Of a DNA stretch of 64,000 nucleotides, positions 61,941 through 64,000 are shown piece after piece. Numbering within the stretch: the stretch's first letter is position 1; each line of letters begins with the position of its first letter. A program made the position numbers and the translations under genes. The notes below the pieces were generated by a model. That model was not told the DNA's origin. It did not search any database and saw nothing but the letters and a program-made list of their open reading frames with translations. The stretch is taken from NCBI GenBank assembly GCA_964016885.1, contig OZ024747.1, positions 64,418,001 through 64,482,000 on the forward strand, written 5' to 3'. This DNA is from Eledone cirrhosa. Its lineage: Eukaryota.

Positions 61941-61985
61941 AACGATGTACTAGTTTCAAGCTTGTTAGCTATCATCAGCACCGTT
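61941..61985 (-). ncRNA. Type I minimal hammerhead ribozyme, copy 1
   Basis: Minus strand: AACGGUG-CUGAUGA-u-AGCU-aaca-AGCU-u-GAAAC-ua-GUA/CAUCGUU; 7-bp stem I, 4-bp stem II, palindromic stem III ACUAGU. Confidence 0.8.
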
Positions 61986-62412
61986 TACCCATCTGCCAGA
62001 TAGTTGAACGTTCGAAAGTATATACTTTCCTTATGAAAATTAACGGCTGAGCAGCCTAATTTGCATATTGAGTGAGTTAAATCGGTCAGGCATACCGAAA
62101 ACGATAAATTGAAACAAAATGAAAACGAAATTTCATTTCTCACTCTTAGTATGGCACTTACTTAAATGTAAGTATGCATGTATACGTACATACATATATG
62201 TATACAGACGTACAGTAGCATGCACATATATATACACATATACATATATACATACATATGCATACAGGTACACATACACATATGCACGTATCAGTTTAGC
62301 GGCGCTTATTATAACGTCGCTTTGTTCGTTTGTAAACAAACTGAACAGCCTGAATTTATGCCATACGGTGTTAAGGCAACCACGTCACCTTTTTGTTCAA
62401 CACTGACACAGG

Positions 62413-62457
62413 AACGATGTACTAGTTTCAAGCTTGTTAGCTATCATCAGCACCGTT
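62413..62457 (-). ncRNA. Type I minimal hammerhead ribozyme, copy 2
   Basis: Identical to copy 1. Confidence 0.8.
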
Positions 62458-62883
62458 TACCCATCTGCCAGATAGTTGAACGTTCGAAAGTATATACTTT
62501 CCTTATGAAAATTAAGGCTGAGCAGCCTAATTTGCATATTGAGTGAGTTAAATCGGTCAGGCATACCGAAAACGATAAATTGAAACAAAATGAAAACGAA
62601 ATTTCATTTCTCACTCTTAGTATGGCACTTACTTAAATGTAAGTATGCATGTATACGTACATACATATATGTATACAGACGTACAGTAGCATGCACATAT
62701 ATATACACATATACATATATACATACATATGCATACAGGTACACATACACATATGCACGTATCAGTTTAGCGGCGCTTATTATAACGTCGCTTTGTTCGT
62801 TTGTAAACAAACTGAACAGCCTGAATTTATGCCATACGGTGTTAAGGCAACCACGTCACCTTTTTGTTCAACACTGACACAGG

Positions 62884-62928
62884 AACGATGTACTAGTTTC
62901 AAGCTTGTTAGCTATCATCAGCACCGTT
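62884..62928 (-). ncRNA. Type I minimal hammerhead ribozyme, copy 3
   Basis: Identical to copy 1. Confidence 0.8.
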
Positions 62929-63319
62929 TACCCATCTGCCAGATAGTTGAACGTTCGAAAGTATATACTTTCCTTATGAAAATTAAGGCTGAGCAGCCTA
63001 ATTTGCATATTGAGTGAGTTAAATCGGTCAGGCATACCGAAAACGATAAATTGAAACAAAATGAAAACGAAATTTCATTTCTCACTCTTAGTATGGCACT
63101 TACTTAAATGTAAGTATGCATGTATACGTACATACATATATGTATACAGACGTACAGTAGCATGCACATATATATATATATATATATATACATATATACA
63201 TACATATGCATACAGGTACACATACATATATGCACGTATCAGTTTAGCGGCGCTTATTATAACGTCGCTTTGTTCGTTTGTAAACAAACTGAACAGCCTG
63301 AATTTATGCCATACGGTAC

Positions 63320-63353
63320 CAACTAATTAATATACGTTTGTCTAGTGTTCATA

Positions 63354-63405
<52 letters not shown>

Positions 63406-63439
63406 TATGAACACTAGACAAACGTATATTAATTAGTTG
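63320..63439. repeat. Perfect hairpin: ~38-bp arms around (TA)n
   Basis: caactaattaatatacgtttgtctagtgttcataattt-(ta)n-aaattatgaacactagacaaacgtatattaattagttg. Confidence 0.95.
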
Positions 63440-63842
63440 ATTCTTGTGTGTACAATGTGTATAGATAAGAATGAGCAATCGCTAACGTTAATGTATGGTA
63501 CATTAAAATAATAGAAAATTTGGTCATAATTAATTATGACTGAATGTGACTAAAACACTTTCTAAAGGAATTTTAGTATATTGCTGATGATCTTGTTAAC
63601 TTGAATTTTTGTATCTTCTTGTGTACAGAAGCTATGATATGCTTTCATCTGACATAACTTAGCCTGAGAAAATACGATAAAGTATTTTCTTGTGTCCTAA
63701 CCTGTTATCTGGTAGTGAATTGAGATAATCATTAACAGATCGGACAGGATGCTTAGTAGTATTCGTTTCAGCTCTCTTCGCGCTAATTTCAAATCGTGTC
63801 GAGATCAACTTTGTTTTTCATCCTTTAGAGGTCAATAAATAT

Positions 63843-64000
63843 GTTTTCTAGTATAGGCACAAGGCCAGCAGTTTTGGGGGAGGGGAATGTCCATTAAATC
63901 GATCCCAGTACGTTACTGGTACTTTATTTTATCGACCCCGTATAGATGAAAGGCCAATTTAACCGCGGTGGGATTTGAACTCAGATTATAAAGAGCCATA
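63843..64000 (-). mobile_element. tRNA-derived SINE truncated by the window end, preceded by a decayed plus-strand copy (~63720-63840)
   Basis: ggcacaaggccagcag...ttttatcgaccccgtatagatgaaagg...gggatttgaactcaga. Confidence 0.85.

Larger units (their letters stand above)
61622..63317 (-). repeat. Tandem array of ~471-bp units (3 complete + 1 partial), retrozyme-like
   Basis: Units start at 61622, 62104, 62575 and 63046 and are nearly identical; identical short ORFs recur at 471-bp spacing. Confidence 0.95.

Noticed and set aside
61637-63330. Repeated 90-137 aa ORFs in the 471-bp units
   Set aside because: No recognisable domain, and the frames change with TA-run length between units; the ribozyme explains the unit better.

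Overview
AT-rich eukaryotic, repeat-dominated non-coding DNA. The SINE/LINE content and very long (TA)n arrays resemble an octopus/cephalopod genome; this is an inference, not a database result. No host gene can be called with confidence, and nearly all long ORFs in the track are translations of microsatellites. Main content: (1) a nearly intact ~5.8 kb L1/Tx1-type non-LTR retrotransposon (minus strand, ~49149-54944), with no poly(A) tail and flanked on both sides by the same 12-bp satellite (GATAGACTGACA)n, ~6.1 kb at its 3' end and ~70 bp at its 5' end; (2) a ~3.6-copy 471-bp tandem array (61622-63317) in which each complete unit carries a minimal type I hammerhead ribozyme on the minus strand, i.e. 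a retrozyme/Penelope-pLTR-like candidate source of self-cleaving circular RNA; (3) several fold-back (palindromic) elements next to (TA)n, three of which carry hammerhead-like folds with variant cores; (4) a decayed hAT transposase and two hAT MITEs; (5) many copies of a tRNA-derived SINE; (6) RTE- and CR1-like LINE fragments. All motifs and coordinates were read by eye.
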